DNA of 64,000 nucleotides, taken from the NCBI RefSeq assembly GCF_902459465.1, contig NC_047081.1:10354001-10418000 (forward strand), read 5' to 3'. The notes beneath the pieces were generated by a model. It did not search any database, was not told the DNA's origin, and saw only the letters and a list, made by a program, of their open reading frames with translations. Below, one piece after another: positions 1 through 14,847 of this stretch; position 1 is the first letter of the stretch, and each line of letters starts with the position of its first letter. A program made the position numbers and the translations under genes. The DNA comes from Asterias rubens. Its lineage: Eukaryota.

Positions 1-1
1 T

Positions 2-316
2 TCAAAAGAAAGGAACAGAAAAAGTTTGTAGAGAGATGAGGTCATTGTTTAACTGCAAAGAGGTGGGTTTGAGGACAGTTTTGAAAGAAGATGTTGTATT
101 TGCAGTTCTGATGTGGTAGGGAAGACTATTCCACACCTTCCCCGCAGTAACCAAGAAAGCACGTGCTCCCCATGTGTTCTTTGCCATATGTTCTACGAGG
201 AGACGTTGATCGGCTGATCTTAGGTTACTGCGGAAAGGTGCATACTGAGTGATGAGATCTGAGATGTAGGATTCAGCATTCAGTGTGTACATAAATTGTT
301 CAGTCAAACATTTCAC
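2..316 (-). mobile_element. 3' ORF2 remnant of an L2/CR1-group LINE
   Basis: ORF reads LRSADQRLLV...WGARAF..AGKVWNSLPYHIRTA.TTSSFKTVLK, the typical C-terminal tail of L2/Crack-type RT ORFs; truncated by the window start. Confidence 0.7.
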
Positions 317-348
317 AAAATCAGTCTCTCCCTAGGTACATCCCTGCG

Positions 349-423
349 CCTTGAACACCCAGCAGGGTGGATATGTGCGCATTACAAGTCTTATTATTAT
401 ATTATTATTATTATTATTATTAT
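349..423 (+). mobile_element. Retroposon 3' tail with (TTA)n microsatellite
   Basis: ttgaacacccagcagggtggatatgtgcgcattacaa-tc-(tta)n; near-identical second copy at 24191-24246. Confidence 0.65.
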
Positions 424-1779
424 CCATAGAGCACGGAGGTAGAATCACATTAAGGCCTATTTCATACCTCTTTAGAAGCATCACTGAACTTTTGGAATGT
501 TATTCTGAGAGAAGGTTTATCAGATCAGATTTCGACCCAGAAATTGCAACCATCAAATGTGGAAGAACCAAAACAATTCTAATCTGAGAATATGACCTGC
601 CTAAAGCCTGCGGTTGGAATTACCAATTTGGGGATATCCAGGAATACATGTGTGTCAGCTCCCCTGAGCATATTAAATATCACAATCTCTGACTAAAGAT
701 GATTCATATCTCACGCCAGAAAATTACTTACCGCAAATAACTCGCCCATTTCAACGCATTCATTTCGTTTGAAAAAAAAAGAGGTTTTGAACACCGATTA
801 AATTTCTGAGAATCTTGGTGGCAAAATTACCAGATTGAGTAGTTCCCCTAAACGATATCGTCAGATAATGTCATGTGTACGTGAAGTACAGTGTTATTAG
901 GGATTTAAAATTGATTACCACTGCATTTCAATGCACCGAAGTGTTTATCCATCATTTTGTTCCTGGAACTTCCCAAGGTCCATCGATATCCATACATTGA
1001 ATCGAAACGTACGTAATCAGCGCCATTTGCATAACCTCGTAAACAGCTCCCAGATTAATAGGGCACGGTGCAGCACTTAAACCGTCTATCGATGAAGTCT
1101 GCGCAATGAATTGAGACTTCTTCATTGTCAGTCTTCACCCACACGCTATGCAGTGTCATTATCGCGCAGCCTTATACCCCTTGACCAACATAATTTTCCG
1201 CCCGGTATTGATTAGACCAAGACAACATGAGACCACTGTAGCTCTTACTCTGTGAATCATCATCAGCGTTGTCGTCAGTGTGAAGCTTTAACCTTTAGAA
1301 AACAGAAGAAGAAAAAAAATAAGAAAAATACCCAGCGTAGTCGGAATGGGTTGCTATCCGAGTGTGATGGCAGTGTGCCCATATGTACGTATGTTGGGAT
1401 ATTCCGCAATTCTCAATTAAACCTCACGTCACGCATGCCAGTGCCTACCCAATCCCCAGGGAGCTTTTCCCTCTTGCCAGATGGTAATCAATAGTGTCAT
1501 GTGGAGCCACGTACTGGGGGGAAAGATTTAATTTTTACAACTCCAGATACATTTTGGAACGGGATGCGGAGACATCTCCACCACCGTTTGTCCACCAAAG
1601 AATATTCTCATCTTAATTTTTTTAAATTGTAAAAACACCAGATAGATTTTCTTCTTGTGGATGATGAATATTGAAGTGGGGCCCTGGTGACACCTTTTTG
1701 CTCTGTTTTACGGACTTGAACCTGGTGTTGAAGGGCAGTCACGACGACGTCTAGCACACACCAGCGTATAGATGATGAT

Positions 1780-2770
1780 CATCGTTTTACTCCTGTAAAA
1801 GCGTGGGCCGTTCATGTGCCCCAATCACAAGGAGAATTAATCATAACTTGACTGCACTTCATTCTACAGTGCACTGCCCCAGGGTTTTCTGATGCAGCGC
1901 ATTGGGAGAACCTATGAGAGCTCCCTGATCTGAGTCAGTATTTAAAACCAAGTCTGTGCTCTGGCAGTCGGCCACTTATCGTCCGTGACTCAGTGTGTGC
2001 TGTTCAAGCGTTGGTTGGTGATTGCCGATATTGTTCAACCCTTGGTCATCAAAGCAATGGTGACGTTGCGAGACTTTGTGATTTGAAGTTGCAAAGAAGA
2101 CACTTTCATTGTGGAGACAAATTATGTACTGTTGGAATTTTTACCACAGTGGAATAACTGTTTTAATTTGAGAGAAAGTTAAGGCTCTGGAGTTGATGCT
2201 TGGAGGTTTGGTGATGAGGTGTAATGAAAAACGGGGTACACTTAAACGTTCGGGTGAACTGACGGCTCATGAAAAATCACCTGGATTTCATCTGGTGCAG
2301 CTGGCTCGACTTTTCATGCGGCCGGCAAGGACTTGACAAGTCTGATGTTCACAAATATAAACCACGAGTGCAAAATTAAACTAGAGGGTAGGCGTACTTT
2401 ACAGATCACCCATCTCGGGTATCGACGAAAGAGGTAGAGGTGTTTCTCTAAAGAGCAGTGACACAATTCTTTTCCTGTGACACTTAAGAAATCAAGTCTC
2501 AAAGATTCTTCAGTCGCTAGACTGATTTCGGTTTCTTACTGGCAACCAAGATGTATCCAAGCTGATGATCTTGGTAACTGTTTTACTCTACAAATGTAGC
2601 TTACCGTGGAATTCTTCAGTGTTGTCTGCAAGGAAGTATTTTGACGGCGGATATTTTGAAGAGGACTGACGAATTTGTTTTGTGGATTTGCACGGAGGGA
2701 ACCACCAATTTCTTGTGGATTTTCTTGAGGTGAAGCAAGAAAAAACGGCCGCCAAGATGCGTACCCATTC
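1780..2770 (-). mobile_element. Heavily decayed retroelement, possibly Penelope-like (RT + GIY-YIG)
   Basis: Minus-strand 1953-1994 translates TESRTISGRLPEHR, resembling the GIY-YIG motif GETxRxLxxRxxEHR. Scattered RT-like fragments lie upstream (FHYTSSP, SLDTSW). Many stops and frameshifts. Confidence 0.3.
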
Positions 2771-4961
2771 ACTGTAGGTTTCTATTTTATTGTTATTATT
2801 GTTCTAAGTATCCTATGTTAAGTTTTGTTTGTTTGTTTTGTTTGTTTATCTTCTTGTTTTCTCTATTATGAAGTGTTTTGGTGAAATTATAAGCAAGGTG
2901 GTGTTTTTGTATTTATTTTCTCACGGATGTTTTAAGAGTTTTACTTTATTTTGTTTTTGTTTATTGTTGTGAATCTTTCAGTATATCTACAACAGTCCAT
3001 TGTTTCATGCTCTAATTAATCATAATGCATGAATAACACTTAACCTCTGGTTATTTATAGAATAGACTTCTAATTAAAATAAATTTGTATTGTAGGTATT
3101 GCACATCATGGAGTTGATTTCGTTTTGATCATGTTTATGATATTATGGGATGATAAGAACAGTTCCTTCATACATCGTACGTATCCTATCTGATGAGCTT
3201 GGTTAAATGTGTTTAGCAATAAAACATTAAAACATGGTTGGATAAGTAAGGTTACTGACGTGTTCTTGAAAATCTATAAAAGGAAATGATATTTAGGTAA
3301 AAAATGTGTGACACATGAGGGGGAAACGATGTTTGCTTAAATTATCGCTTGTTATTGCAGGGCTCAAAATTTACATCGGATCACAGGCCTGAGGCCAAGT
3401 TAGTTTACATTTACTGTATCATCGGGCCAGTAAACTTATGTAGGCTTCACTCTTAACTTTTGCTTATTGACTGGCCAGACGGACCAGTTTGCTGGTTTGT
3501 GAGCATTCTTTAAGAAAAATCACCTTCTACACTGATGGAAACACTGTGTGGTGAGCATGTGTGTAAGTCCACCTAGTGTTTCAAACTCTGCCTTATGGTG
3601 TGGACCTCTTTTGTAAGTCCACACTTCTTATTGTAATGCTTACTGACAGGTTGAAATTGTTGAAAGTGCGGACCGACATTTCTATTTTTGCATCCCTATG
3701 GAGACTTCTGTAATTTGTTTTCAATTGTCCCTGTTGTTTGTTAAAATCCTCCCATAGACTTCGCAAACAAAATCCTTGTGGTCTCCTTAGAATTCCCCTG
3801 TGGAGATCTATTGTGGCAATAAACTTTATGCGCGTGACGTAATTTGAGAAGGGCGCCCTCATAGCTAGAGGTCAAAAGAAGGTTGCTTATTGGCTTATCC
3901 TATGTGCCGCAAGCCCATACATGTAAGTGTGCGATTTCCCTTGTTTGGTCATCAATTTATGTCTTAAGATGGTCATGTGATGAAGTAAATGTGCTAGGGT
4001 TCCTCTGTCCTTGGCTCCAAAAGGTAGCGAATCATTCTTTTTTAAGTGAAACAAAAACCTTGTGTCCTGTTCGAAGATGAAAGCTGTGTTCATGTACTTC
4101 GGCCACTTGTATTGATGCGCGATAGCCCTAATGCATCATAGCAATACCAGAACCTTCCAATTTGCCCGAAGCACTTAACGTCCACAATTTACACACTACT
4201 CGTTTGTCAAAAGCCGCAAATCAATTTTAATTTGCATAATTAGATTTTCACATTCAATTTCTCGGTGGCCTCTGTATACAGTCAGGTCGCGGCATTTGTT
4301 GTGCTGGTATCTCTGTAAAGCTTTAAAAAAAAAACTATGTTGTTCTGCTTTGGATAATTGAGCACTAGCGCATGTGCAGACACATTTCTACTGATTACAT
4401 TGCATTATGTGTTATATGGAATACAATCAGCATTTGATGTACTGCGTATGACTAGATGACAAGAAGAGAAAAAGTGTGTTCAAACGCTGTGGGCTATGGT
4501 TGGCTGGTCTTGATGCTAAATCATACACCACATGAGAAATACACTGGCATAATAAGCGGCCTTGGTCCATGATACTGTGTGCCAAGAACCATCTCAAACC
4601 GCTCTGTCTTGTGAGGTTGCGGAGGATTCGGTCAACGTCTCGAGCTGACTTTCGTAAGATGAAACGCTTTATCGGAAATTAAAAACTGGTGGAAGTTCCC
4701 TGGTGTGATGAAGATATCTCCTACATTGTGGATTTCGTTTTGTCAGATCCGAGAGTTACTATCATGCCCGCGATTCAAGGATCTTGCATCTCAATATTTT
4801 GATTTGCTTCATTTACTCAGCCGAATATGCTGAATTACATCGTTGAATTGTTAGGCATCTGCATTGTCAGAACCCCAAACGTAGTAAACCGAATCTGAGA
4901 TTCTTTCACGGCGCAAGTCACATCAGATTCTTTGAGTGATTATTCTAACCAGACAAAAGGC

Positions 4962-4988
4962 TTCAAATTCAATCGAGCGAGATTTGAA
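4962..4988 (+). promoter_or_regulatory. Candidate CHR element pair (TTCAAA 4962-4967, TTTGAA 4983-4988) upstream of MELK
   Basis: Hexamer matches about 200 bp upstream of the acceptor of the ATG-bearing exon. MELK is a G2/M gene, but the TSS is not located. Confidence 0.25.
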
Positions 4989-5225
4989 AATTCAACACAT
5001 CCTCAACGACATGATGCACATAAAGTGTTTGTGCAACGATGTCGATGAACAATTTACAGAATTTGTCAGTGTTGGGACTTTCTCTCAAGCTAGACCTGTC
5101 CGCATTTTGAGTACTTACATGTAGTAGATTTGTCGCTCATTTTGATGTTTTTTAAAAAAATTTTTTAAAAAACTTTCCTCAGGTTGAAGGCCCCTGAGAT
5201 TGCCATCAACGGCCTGAAACAGAAC

Positions 5226-5289
5226 ATGGCTGCTTCAGAGTATGACGAGATCAGGTCTCGTTACCACCTCAAAGAAACCGTTGGTTCAG
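5226..5289 (+). CDS. MELK: MELK coding exon 1 (MAASEYDEIRSRYHLKETVGSG); exon begins at acceptor 5183, so a non-coding exon lies upstream
   Basis: ATG in aacATGG context; G|gtaac donor; phase 1 joins exon 2. Confidence 0.93.
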
Positions 5290-5592
5290 GTAACAATATT
5301 TTAATTTTTTTTTACTTTGAAACTGCCTTTTAAGTTTTTGCGAAAAAGAAGAAGAGTTTCTCAGAGGTCAGTACCTCATGTGGGAAATATAAATTTTCAC
5401 TTGAACATAATTTTATGAGTTTCTCAGCGCTCAGATTAGGCATACATACCTTTCTGTGGGAAGAACAAATTTTCACTTGAACATTTTTAAGGACACAAAG
5501 GCAGGGGCATGGAGGCATCTGTCTTCATTGCCTTCCTTAAGTTTCATGTCTGTATCTTCATTCTTTGATCTTAATTTCCCTCTTCTCACTAA

Positions 5593-5814
<222 letters not shown>

Positions 5815-6784
5815 TAGCAGAAAATTATTTAGCAATATTTGCTGCTTTAAATAGCTCTATGAAATTTGGCACAGGTAAACACATTTTGTTTGGCTTACTG
5901 AAGGAGAGGAATAAGAGCATTCTGCAGATTTTCGTACATTTAGTTTTTTGTGTATACTCCAGTGAGTATTGCAGACCAAACACTGTGACTTGGCTATAAT
6001 TTTGTGTTGTCGTCAGGGCTGGGTTTGTACAGTAACAATCTGAGAAAAGTAATTAAATGAAGACCTCGATACTCGCTACACATTCAGACAAAAAGAACTA
6101 GGTTTCGGCCACGCAACGCTTCGTTGAAAGCAATCTTCCCCACTGTGACCTAGAAAACGTTATCAAATTCCCATTTTGTCTTTATAAAGATTGGGTCCCA
6201 CATTAACCTATTTTCACATATATTGGAAAAAAAAAAAAAATAAATAAATCAACATAGAAGGCAAAAATACGCCGTACATTTGGACTGTAATGTAAGACGC
6301 AATGTGTGTATTTTCTTTAACAAAATGGATATTCTTGGAGCCTTCTCATAGATACTCGGGTTTCTTTATTCTTTTTGTAGGAGAACAGATGCGACTCTGT
6401 TGTGAGAGACTGATGTCGTGTAATGACTTGTACAATGATACTAATACCTGATCTAAAATTTCAAATTACTGTCTCGATCCTCTTTTTTTTCTTTTTTTCC
6501 TCTCCAACTCTTCGCCAACAAATAATACTGAATTAAAGTTTAATTGAACCTTAAAATTCTGTACACAGTGTACTTTTATTTGAACCACAACAGGAAAACA
6601 ATTGCGCAAACTAAAGAGTTGAAATAAATGTTTTAAAAAATCTTCTGAAAGCTGAATATGAGAATTGTCTCTGCATGTTCGGAAAAATCAAGGTGTTAAA
6701 AAAATAGTGAGCCCCTTTGTTTTTGACCCAACCAGAGTCTTTCTCAAAGGCTAATCAATGACACCAAAATTCCACAACACTCAC

Positions 6785-7140
6785 CTCATTATAAGTACAT
6801 TATACTTATATAGGATTTGAGGCATTGCATGGTGAGGTATCAATATATATTTGGTTTGCGGTAACACCATGTGTGTATCTACTTGCCAGGTAGAGTTGTT
6901 CTTAGGGAACTGTCTTGCTTTATTCTACTGCCGTGGAGTAGATAATCGGAGGGTCGGGAGACTTCTCAGTTCTGAAAAGAACTGTCCTGTTTATTAACTA
7001 TTACCAGGGCGGATGGTATAGAAATTAGACTGGACTACTACTTAAGCTTATAGGATCGTAATTAACTGTACTGCCGCGGAGTCAGTTCTGAAATTGGTCT
7101 CATTGTTTCGACTAGCTTGCTCTAGTCATCGTCAGGATGA
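6785..7140 (-). mobile_element. Non-autonomous Penelope-type fragment with a 5' hammerhead-like motif
   Basis: Body (ttcttttcagaac...catggtgttaccgcaaac...caccatgcaatgcctcaaatcc) recurs at 32420-32600 and, more diverged, at 9435-9610 and 39751-39906. The hammerhead-like head is at 7098-7139. Confidence 0.6.
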
Positions 7141-7381
7141 CTTGTGAAAAAAAAAACACACCTAAGACACTAGAAACAAATAAAATGAGAGAAGCAAAAA
7201 CCAGTCAGAATTTAAGCACGGTGTGAACAATCAGAGACTACATGAAGTTGCCCCTAGTCTTTGCCTTGGTGCCCATTCAAAAGTTTCCCATAGACCTTAA
7301 GATTTTCCAATAATAAAACTCCTCTAAGCAAAATGGCAATGGCCTTGCCCTCTCAAAGACAAGAGACAATGAGAAAGATGA

Positions 7382-7543
<162 letters not shown>

Positions 7544-9015
7544 TGACAATCTCAAGTAATGTGGTTTTTACTCTTGGAGCCATTTTTGTTTAACTAAGTT
7601 TTAGTGTTTAACATTTTTAATCTTTGTAAATAACTATAGCCTTTCTAAATTGTACAGTTCATCGAGGGATCTGCGATCCACAATGCACAGTATAAATGAT
7701 GTTTTATTATTATTATGTAGGGTAAGGCAGTTTGTGTCTTTAAAACACCTAATGAACCTTTTCACACTACAGATCCACTTCCAAGGTAGTTACACCCCTG
7801 GTGATTCCAGGGGAATTTAAGCCCCGGTTTCGTTTCACATCTTATGTAATACTTCATGTTATTAATATTTTATTCTATCTTTCTTTATAGTTTTGACTTT
7901 AAATCAGCATTGCGATGACAAAAACTATGACCTGTAAGCTTAAATTGATTTGATTGATTGATTTATTTTTATTTATTACTATTTTCTGCCTATGGTTTTA
8001 TTTTATTTTTGAGGGTTGCAGGTGTTGTTTCAACAAATCATGGATTTAATTTTGGACTGAAAATGTTCTGTTTATAGATTTTTAGATTGTCTGATTGTGG
8101 CGAGCATTAAGATTTTCATCTTTTTGAAATGGAAAGTCATCGACCTTAAAATATTCATAAAGTCGGCTCATGTTGTGTCTATGACAACTTCCTACGCAAT
8201 GGAGAGTGATTTGAAATATGGGTCTACGTACGTGCACGTGCTCTCGTACTGCCCGAAATGCCGATGTGATTTAAAAAATGAGGGGTTACATGCGAAGTAC
8301 ACAGCTGTGGTTATATTTACAATGCGATTACGCAGTCAACATGTTTTCATCACTGAAGAATGTGATCCTCTCTGGCTAGATGCCAGGAGTTCGTGATGTA
8401 ATGTACAATAACACAACTGAGCTGGGCCCAATTTCATAAAGCATGTAAGCTGCACAAAAACATGATGCTAAGCACAGGAAAATCTTGCTTAGCAAAAGCA
8501 GGTTACCAGCATTGGCTGGTAAGTTTACACTGTTGCGAATGGTTCCCCACTCATTTTGTGCTTGGCAGAGAAATTTGTCAAGCAGTATTGTCTGCTAAAC
8601 AGCTTTAAGAAATTGAGCTTAAACTGTCTTACATATTTATGAGTTTTGTTTTTAAGTTCAGTTACTTTGACAATCTTGGGTAAACAAGCTACATGTACAT
8701 GTAGATTTGATTTGTGTTTACATCGTAGTCCTCTTGGAGAAACTAGCGTGGTGCCTGTGTGGGGTCATAAAGGTCATTGGGTCTGCTGTTTTTTTGGTCA
8801 CTACACTTCAATTCAAAAATTATGAATTAGTTTTCCACTGAAGTTCACTGTATGGGAAACCGATTAGGACATTCCTAGACTTAGACCAATTACAGTATAC
8901 ACCTTAGGCTGATGTTATCAGAGCCACTCGGGATGTTCGTCTAATACCAAACAGACATTATATTTTTAGAACTAAGCAACCTTCAAGAGAACCTCTCTGT
9001 AAATCAGTGTGCAAC

Positions 9016-9401
9016 TTAAAGGCAGTGGACACTATTGGTAATTACTCAAAATAATTATTAGCACGAAACCTTATATGGTAACGAGTAATGGGGAGAGAAT
9101 GGTAGTATAAAACATTGTGAGAAGCGGCTCCCTCTGAAGTGGAGTAGTTTTCGAGAAAGAAGTAATTTTCCACAAATTTGATTTTGAGACCTCAAGTTTA
9201 GAACTTGAGGTCTCGAAATCAACCATCTAAACGCACACAACTTCGTGTGACAAGGGTGTTTTTTCTTTCATTATTATCTCGCAACTTCGACGACCAATTG
9301 AGCTCAAATTTTCACAGGTTTGTTATTTCATGCATATGTTGAGATACACCAAGTGAGAAGACTGGTCTTTGACAATTACCAATAGTGTCCACTGTCTTTA
9401 A
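9016..9401 (+). mobile_element. MITE family A, TTAA-flanked with AGG...CCT-type termini (Kolobok/T2-like)
   Basis: ttaa|aggcagtggacactattggtaatt ... aattaccaatagtgtccactgtct|ttaa. Related copies: 9935-10266, 22658-23101 (compound), 26380-26732, 35446-35832, 47909-48257, and partials 51299-51563 and 63526-63691. Confidence 0.85.
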
Positions 9402-9434
9402 ATTTTTTTCAAGAGTTACATGTAACTACAAATT

Positions 9435-9478
9435 GTCTCCTGAAGACGAGCAGAGTATACTGTTCGAAACGCCGAGAC
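9435..9478 (+). ncRNA. Minimal type-I hammerhead ribozyme-like motif (probably inactive: GCC at the cleavage triplet)
   Basis: Stem I GTCTC/GAGAC, core CTGAAGA, stem II GAGCAG-agtata-CTGTTC, GAAAC, then GCC. Confidence 0.65.
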
Positions 9479-10833
9479 CATACTGGCTCTTTTCAGAGTT
9501 AACACTTACACAAAAGATATTTCTTACATGGTTATACCTGCAAGTTTACTATTTATTTATAGTTAATTCTTATTGTTCACATGATGCAAAGCTTCAGTCA
9601 TCATTCTAAATATTTCATTGCTCCATCTTTAATTGTAGAATGTCCTTTATGAATAATTGCTGTGCAGGCATTTTATAGCGCCCCACAAAACAATCATAGT
9701 GATTACAAAGCTAAAAGAAAGTTACCATTATAATAATGGTCACTGTAAAATATAAAAGCAATATGTTGGCTTACAGAACAAAAGCATGAATGGTTAAGTC
9801 CGATAAATAAATAGAAAAGAGCTGGGGGGTCTTGGCTTCGGAAATATGAAATTTTTTTTTAATGAAGATTATTCAGTTAACTTTGTATTTCTTATACTTT
9901 ATTTTATGTATTTACTTGTTATCATTTAATTTGGTTAAAGGCAGTGGACACTATTGGTAATTACTCAAAATAATTATTAGCATAAAAACTTACTTGGTAA
10001 CGAGTAATGGGGAGAGGTTGGTAGTATAAAACATCCTCTGAAGTGGAGTAGTTTTCGAGAAAGAAGTAATTTTTTCAGATTTAGAATTTGAGGTCTCAAA
10101 ATCAAGCATCTGAAAGCACACAACTTCGTGTGATCATGGTGCGACAAGGGTGTTTTTTCTTTCATTAATATCTCGCAACTTCGAAGACCGATTGAGGTCA
10201 AATTTTCATAGGTTTGTTATTTTATATGCTTATACTGAGATACACCAAGTGTCCAGTGTCTTTTAAGTGATGTGTTTGCAACCAGTCTGAATTTCTAATT
10301 TTATTAGAAAATGTGTTTGTTGTTTACCAGTATTTAATTGAAAAGCAAAATACCAAATGAAATCACATATGTTTGTTCATCTCTTTGTAAGAACAAAACA
10401 TGTATAAACATAACACATGCATGTCATACACACAAACATAGAATTTGTACACACATGTTTAACAACACAAAAGACCCAAGAACAAAAATTTATCTAAGAT
10501 AAAAATAGCCACTTCGATTGAGTGATAATTATGACGCTGAGATATAAACCTATGATGTCATTCAAACCTATGACATCAGTACCACCATCGTGATGTCATA
10601 ATCACTGCTTGGTTGTGCGCTCGTGCATGACGCATTACCTAAGGATGATTATTTCCGTGCAAGTAGATGAGAACAGTCATTTTGCAATATGGACAAAAGA
10701 TGATTACGTCATTCCACGCACATCTTTTTTTATTTTATTATTAAATTATTTGTTTATGGCCGTTGAAATATGTTCTACATAGCATTGCAGTGGTTTTATT
10801 ACACCATGTTTTTCAGGTTGCAGATTATGACTC

Positions 10834-11014
10834 GGGCCTGATACTTCATGGAGGCCACAGAGGCGATTGCCTCCATGCCTCCTGGTCATTGCCTTGGTGC
10901 CCTTGAAATGATCCAGTAGAAATTCAGAATTTCCTCATGGGGTGCTCTTTACCATAGAGGAAATGTATGCCTTGATGCCCTTGCCCTTTCAAAAAAACAA
11001 AGCATACAGGCCTG
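10834..11014 (+). mobile_element. Short interspersed repeat family E (caggcctg-bounded, ~180 bp)
   Basis: Inverted copy at 55675-55850; partials near 7250-7350, 20760-20882, 36195-36310 and 62500-62632. Confidence 0.75.
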
Positions 11015-11249
11015 ATGACTTTTACATGTAGTCACTCTTTCTGATTTTTACTGAGTGGGCTGCTGACAATGCTGAATGTATTCCCACCTTATTCAAAACA
11101 AAAACTTAGTTCACCATTGATAGATTCATAAATAATGCCCATTTATGTAAGTACGTGTACATGTACGCCCACATGAACATGTTTTAGCAGTTGTCACGAC
11201 ATTCCGTCATCACGTCCAAACCATTTGAGCTTTTCTTAACCTTTTGTAA

Positions 11250-11435
<186 letters not shown>

Positions 11436-12383
11436 TGAAATTACTGCTGTGTTGAAATACATGTAGTCAAAAGCGAGGTGTATGTAGTAGTGATTGTTGC
11501 TTCTTATATAGTGCGCAAATCCACCACTCAGTGACGCTCAAGGCTCTTTAACGTACAGTATTTTCCTGCAAGTTATGTGGGACTATGTAGTTTCTTTTCC
11601 ACAGCAGTCAGGGTTCTCCAAAGGTTTTTTCAAACCTGTGGACCAACATTATTTTAGGTTCGGCCGAAACGTCTTCGGAATGTTTTCTACTTGGTGGTTT
11701 ATCTTGGTTTAAAAACCCTTAAAACAACATGTTGTTGTTGAACATTGGCCGAAATTTGCGCTGTTTTAACGGTCCGATACCCAACCTTGTGCAAAGGGCA
11801 AGAACCCTGGTAGTAAATGCCCAGGAGCTGTTAAACTACTCGAGTGGTTGGAGTTTGAATTACATTCAAATTCGCATTCTCATACTGAATTCAAAATCGT
11901 GAATGATCTGTTCTGCAAAGACCCGTCACGTATTGCACGGTTTGAATTCGTCAAAATGCGACCGATGAAACTAATCCACATCCTTCACAGAAAACATCAT
12001 GCTCCGTCGCGACGGCATGCCGTCAGAAGATGTCGTTGGGGGGGAGCGGGGAGATGTTGATGTATTACACCCACAGCATGCTCTGAGCTGTATCCCCAAC
12101 TAAATTTGCAGATGTATCGCGTAATTACTTAACCATATTCCGTCCTGCAGTCTTAATTTTAGTTGGCATTACGTTAGAATGATAATAACATCTCACACAC
12201 TGTCATTATTATTATGTTTTTACGCTGTCGTGTCGATTGAAAGCAACCACCAAACTCACACGTGCAAATCGTATTATTATATTATTTTCATTTTTTTTTT
12301 TGCTTCAGGGTGTAAACAGATATGAGATGCATGTATTTTTTTATAAAAGATGTTAAATTTGCATCGGGGATAAAGAATGATAG

Positions 12384-12575
12384 TTTTGGTTTTTACCCAT
12401 ACACCGATGTGTGTTTACACTGTATACTCGGTACTTTCCCGAGTCCTGAGAAAAAATATCACAGGCATGTTACTCGGGTGAGATTCGAACCCACGACCCT
12501 TGCAATTCTAGAGCAGTGTCTTACCAACTAGACTACCGAGGTTGCCCGGTAGCTAGAGGCAATTTGAATCCTATG
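12384..12575 (-). mobile_element. tRNA-derived SINE
   Basis: A box tagtctagttggtaag and B box ggttcgaatc on the minus strand; near-identical to the 19910 copy. Confidence 0.85.
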
Positions 12576-14847
12576 TTTTGTATTTGTTTTAGTTTGGGTA
12601 CTACGTGTACCTGCACATATGGGTGATCTTCTTTCTCGATTTTGATTTTGTTTGTAATTTAACCACAATGTAGAACATGCTGAAAATTGACTGTTCACTA
12701 TTTTCGCCTGAGTTACACAACTGCTTTTTTTTTTAAAGCTCAAATTTTCAAGTTTTTTTCTCTTCATTATACATGTTTATTGATCACAAAAACATGAACC
12801 CTGTCTGTGATTATTTTGTCAGCTCTACCAATACTGTATAATGCCTTTAAAGTTTTAGTTAGAGTGAAACCAATCCTATAAAAATGGCTGATATGCTTAG
12901 CATAATCATTAACGGTCGGTTGCCCTTGTCCTTAACCAATGGATTATGAATAATGCAAAAGGTCGCAAAATAACAAACAATTAACAAACTAAACGTACAA
13001 TAGTTGCAGGTACCAGTACAAAACAAAATTACATAAAACTTTGTGAAATACATCTATCTACATACACCTTCTGGAATTTACTTAAGACGCTCTTTTGTCA
13101 GAGAGAACAAGTACTTGCAAGTTGAGGTTTCTCAAGACAAAGTGAAGTGTCCAAAGGGTTGATACCTTGCCTTGTTTGACTGATAACCATGCCCTGGTTT
13201 ACACATGGAGGTGTAGAGTAGCCGATATATATGCAGTTCTTCTGCATACACATCAAATAAGTTCAAATAGAGTGTCAGTCCTCGGCTTTCTTGCCCACAC
13301 AAACTTAATTAATACCCACGGCTTGTTCTTGCAGTTGTCCATTTGCATTTTTTTGACACGGTGCCCTTTCTTTCTCCGATGGTTTTTCTCTCTTAAATGT
13401 GCGTGAGTCAGGTTACCGGTCTTGGCGTTTTATAACCGTAACTCCATCTATTGATTATTTGGAACAATCTGTTTTGTATCTCTTAGCGGGTAGTGCTGCA
13501 TGTACGTAACTTACTCCACGGAACCTTTCAGTGTCACAGGTTAGGTTTCACATGGGTTTCAATACCATTAATGGATAAATTTACGATCGTCGTATCATAT
13601 CATGTTCCCCGATATAAATAGATGAAGAAATGAGCTGGAGTTTTTACTCGTCGTCCTTCGTCACATGCCACCCCTCCACTAAGTTCACTCAGTGACTCGC
13701 AACGAGAGAGCCCATATGCCCCCCTTTCACAAGCTCCTCCCCCTTTTAGACTAATAAACTTTGCGTGCATACCAATTTTTATCCCCGGCGTTGAGATTTG
13801 TGTCTACACACCGGCAATCACAAGATCAGAAACCATCTCATGGTTGGTTCACGTTTCATATGTCATAGGTCAGTCAGTGCTGGCTTGATTATTGGGGCCG
13901 CTGAAACATAGACCAGACTTGGCAAATTAGTCGGGGAGCAGTTGCCTCGACATAATAGTCTCTTCGCTAATGCAGTACCAGTGCATTATGGGATGGTGAG
14001 GGTGCTAGGTTTTTCTAGGTCAACCCGTAGTGTACTTAGGAAGGATACATTCTCTCTTGGATTTACAAGTTATGATGACCCCCCCCCCCCAACTTAAATC
14101 AACCTCCTAACAATCAATAAACAATTTGTACAAAGCAATGTAATAAACAAAATGAAAAAAATACAATAAAAACCACCTGCCAAAATATAAACAGACATCA
14201 TACGTCAAATAAAATAATGAAAAGGAAAAGAAAGCATAAAAAAGAAACAACAACAAGCTTGTGCTAATAAACTAAGCTTGCACATTAGCATGTTGAAAGA
14301 TTTATACAAACTCACAGAGCATTACATGTAAAGGCCGAGAATGGAATATTTATTTAAGTTTTGTTACGTGCAATCTTGAAACAATTACCATTTACTTTAA
14401 ACATAATTTTGACTCTTGCCATAAAAGACGGGCGTGACATTCTTCTTACAAAAGTCTGATTTCAGAGTAATTGTGATTAAGTAGCTAAAATGTCTACATG
14501 CAGGTCAGCCCTTGCACTCAAAAGTTTTTCCTACTTTTCCCCAAGAACAAAAATCATGCCTGAAAACATGTGTACAAGTTAAATACACATCTTTTTGTGT
14601 CACGTTATTTTTGTCTAAAATACTTCTATATAAGACTTTCCTGTTGTGGAATTTCTTGCTTGAAGAATCTGCCTCGCGGTCTAGGAGCAGCGCAAGGAGG
14701 CAGCGCAAGGCTTGACATAAGACCCAGCAGGTGGCCGATGGTTAGATACATTCTTGTAGCACTAGCAGCTTATGGTGTCCTCTTTCTGGCTTTGTGAGAT
14801 TTTGTCATCCTTCAAAATGACTGCTGTTGTGGATCTTGACTGATCAT

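Noticed and set aside
3190-3230. CTGATGA followed by a weak stem, as another hammerhead
   Set aside because: No proper stem II and no GAAAC-NUH.
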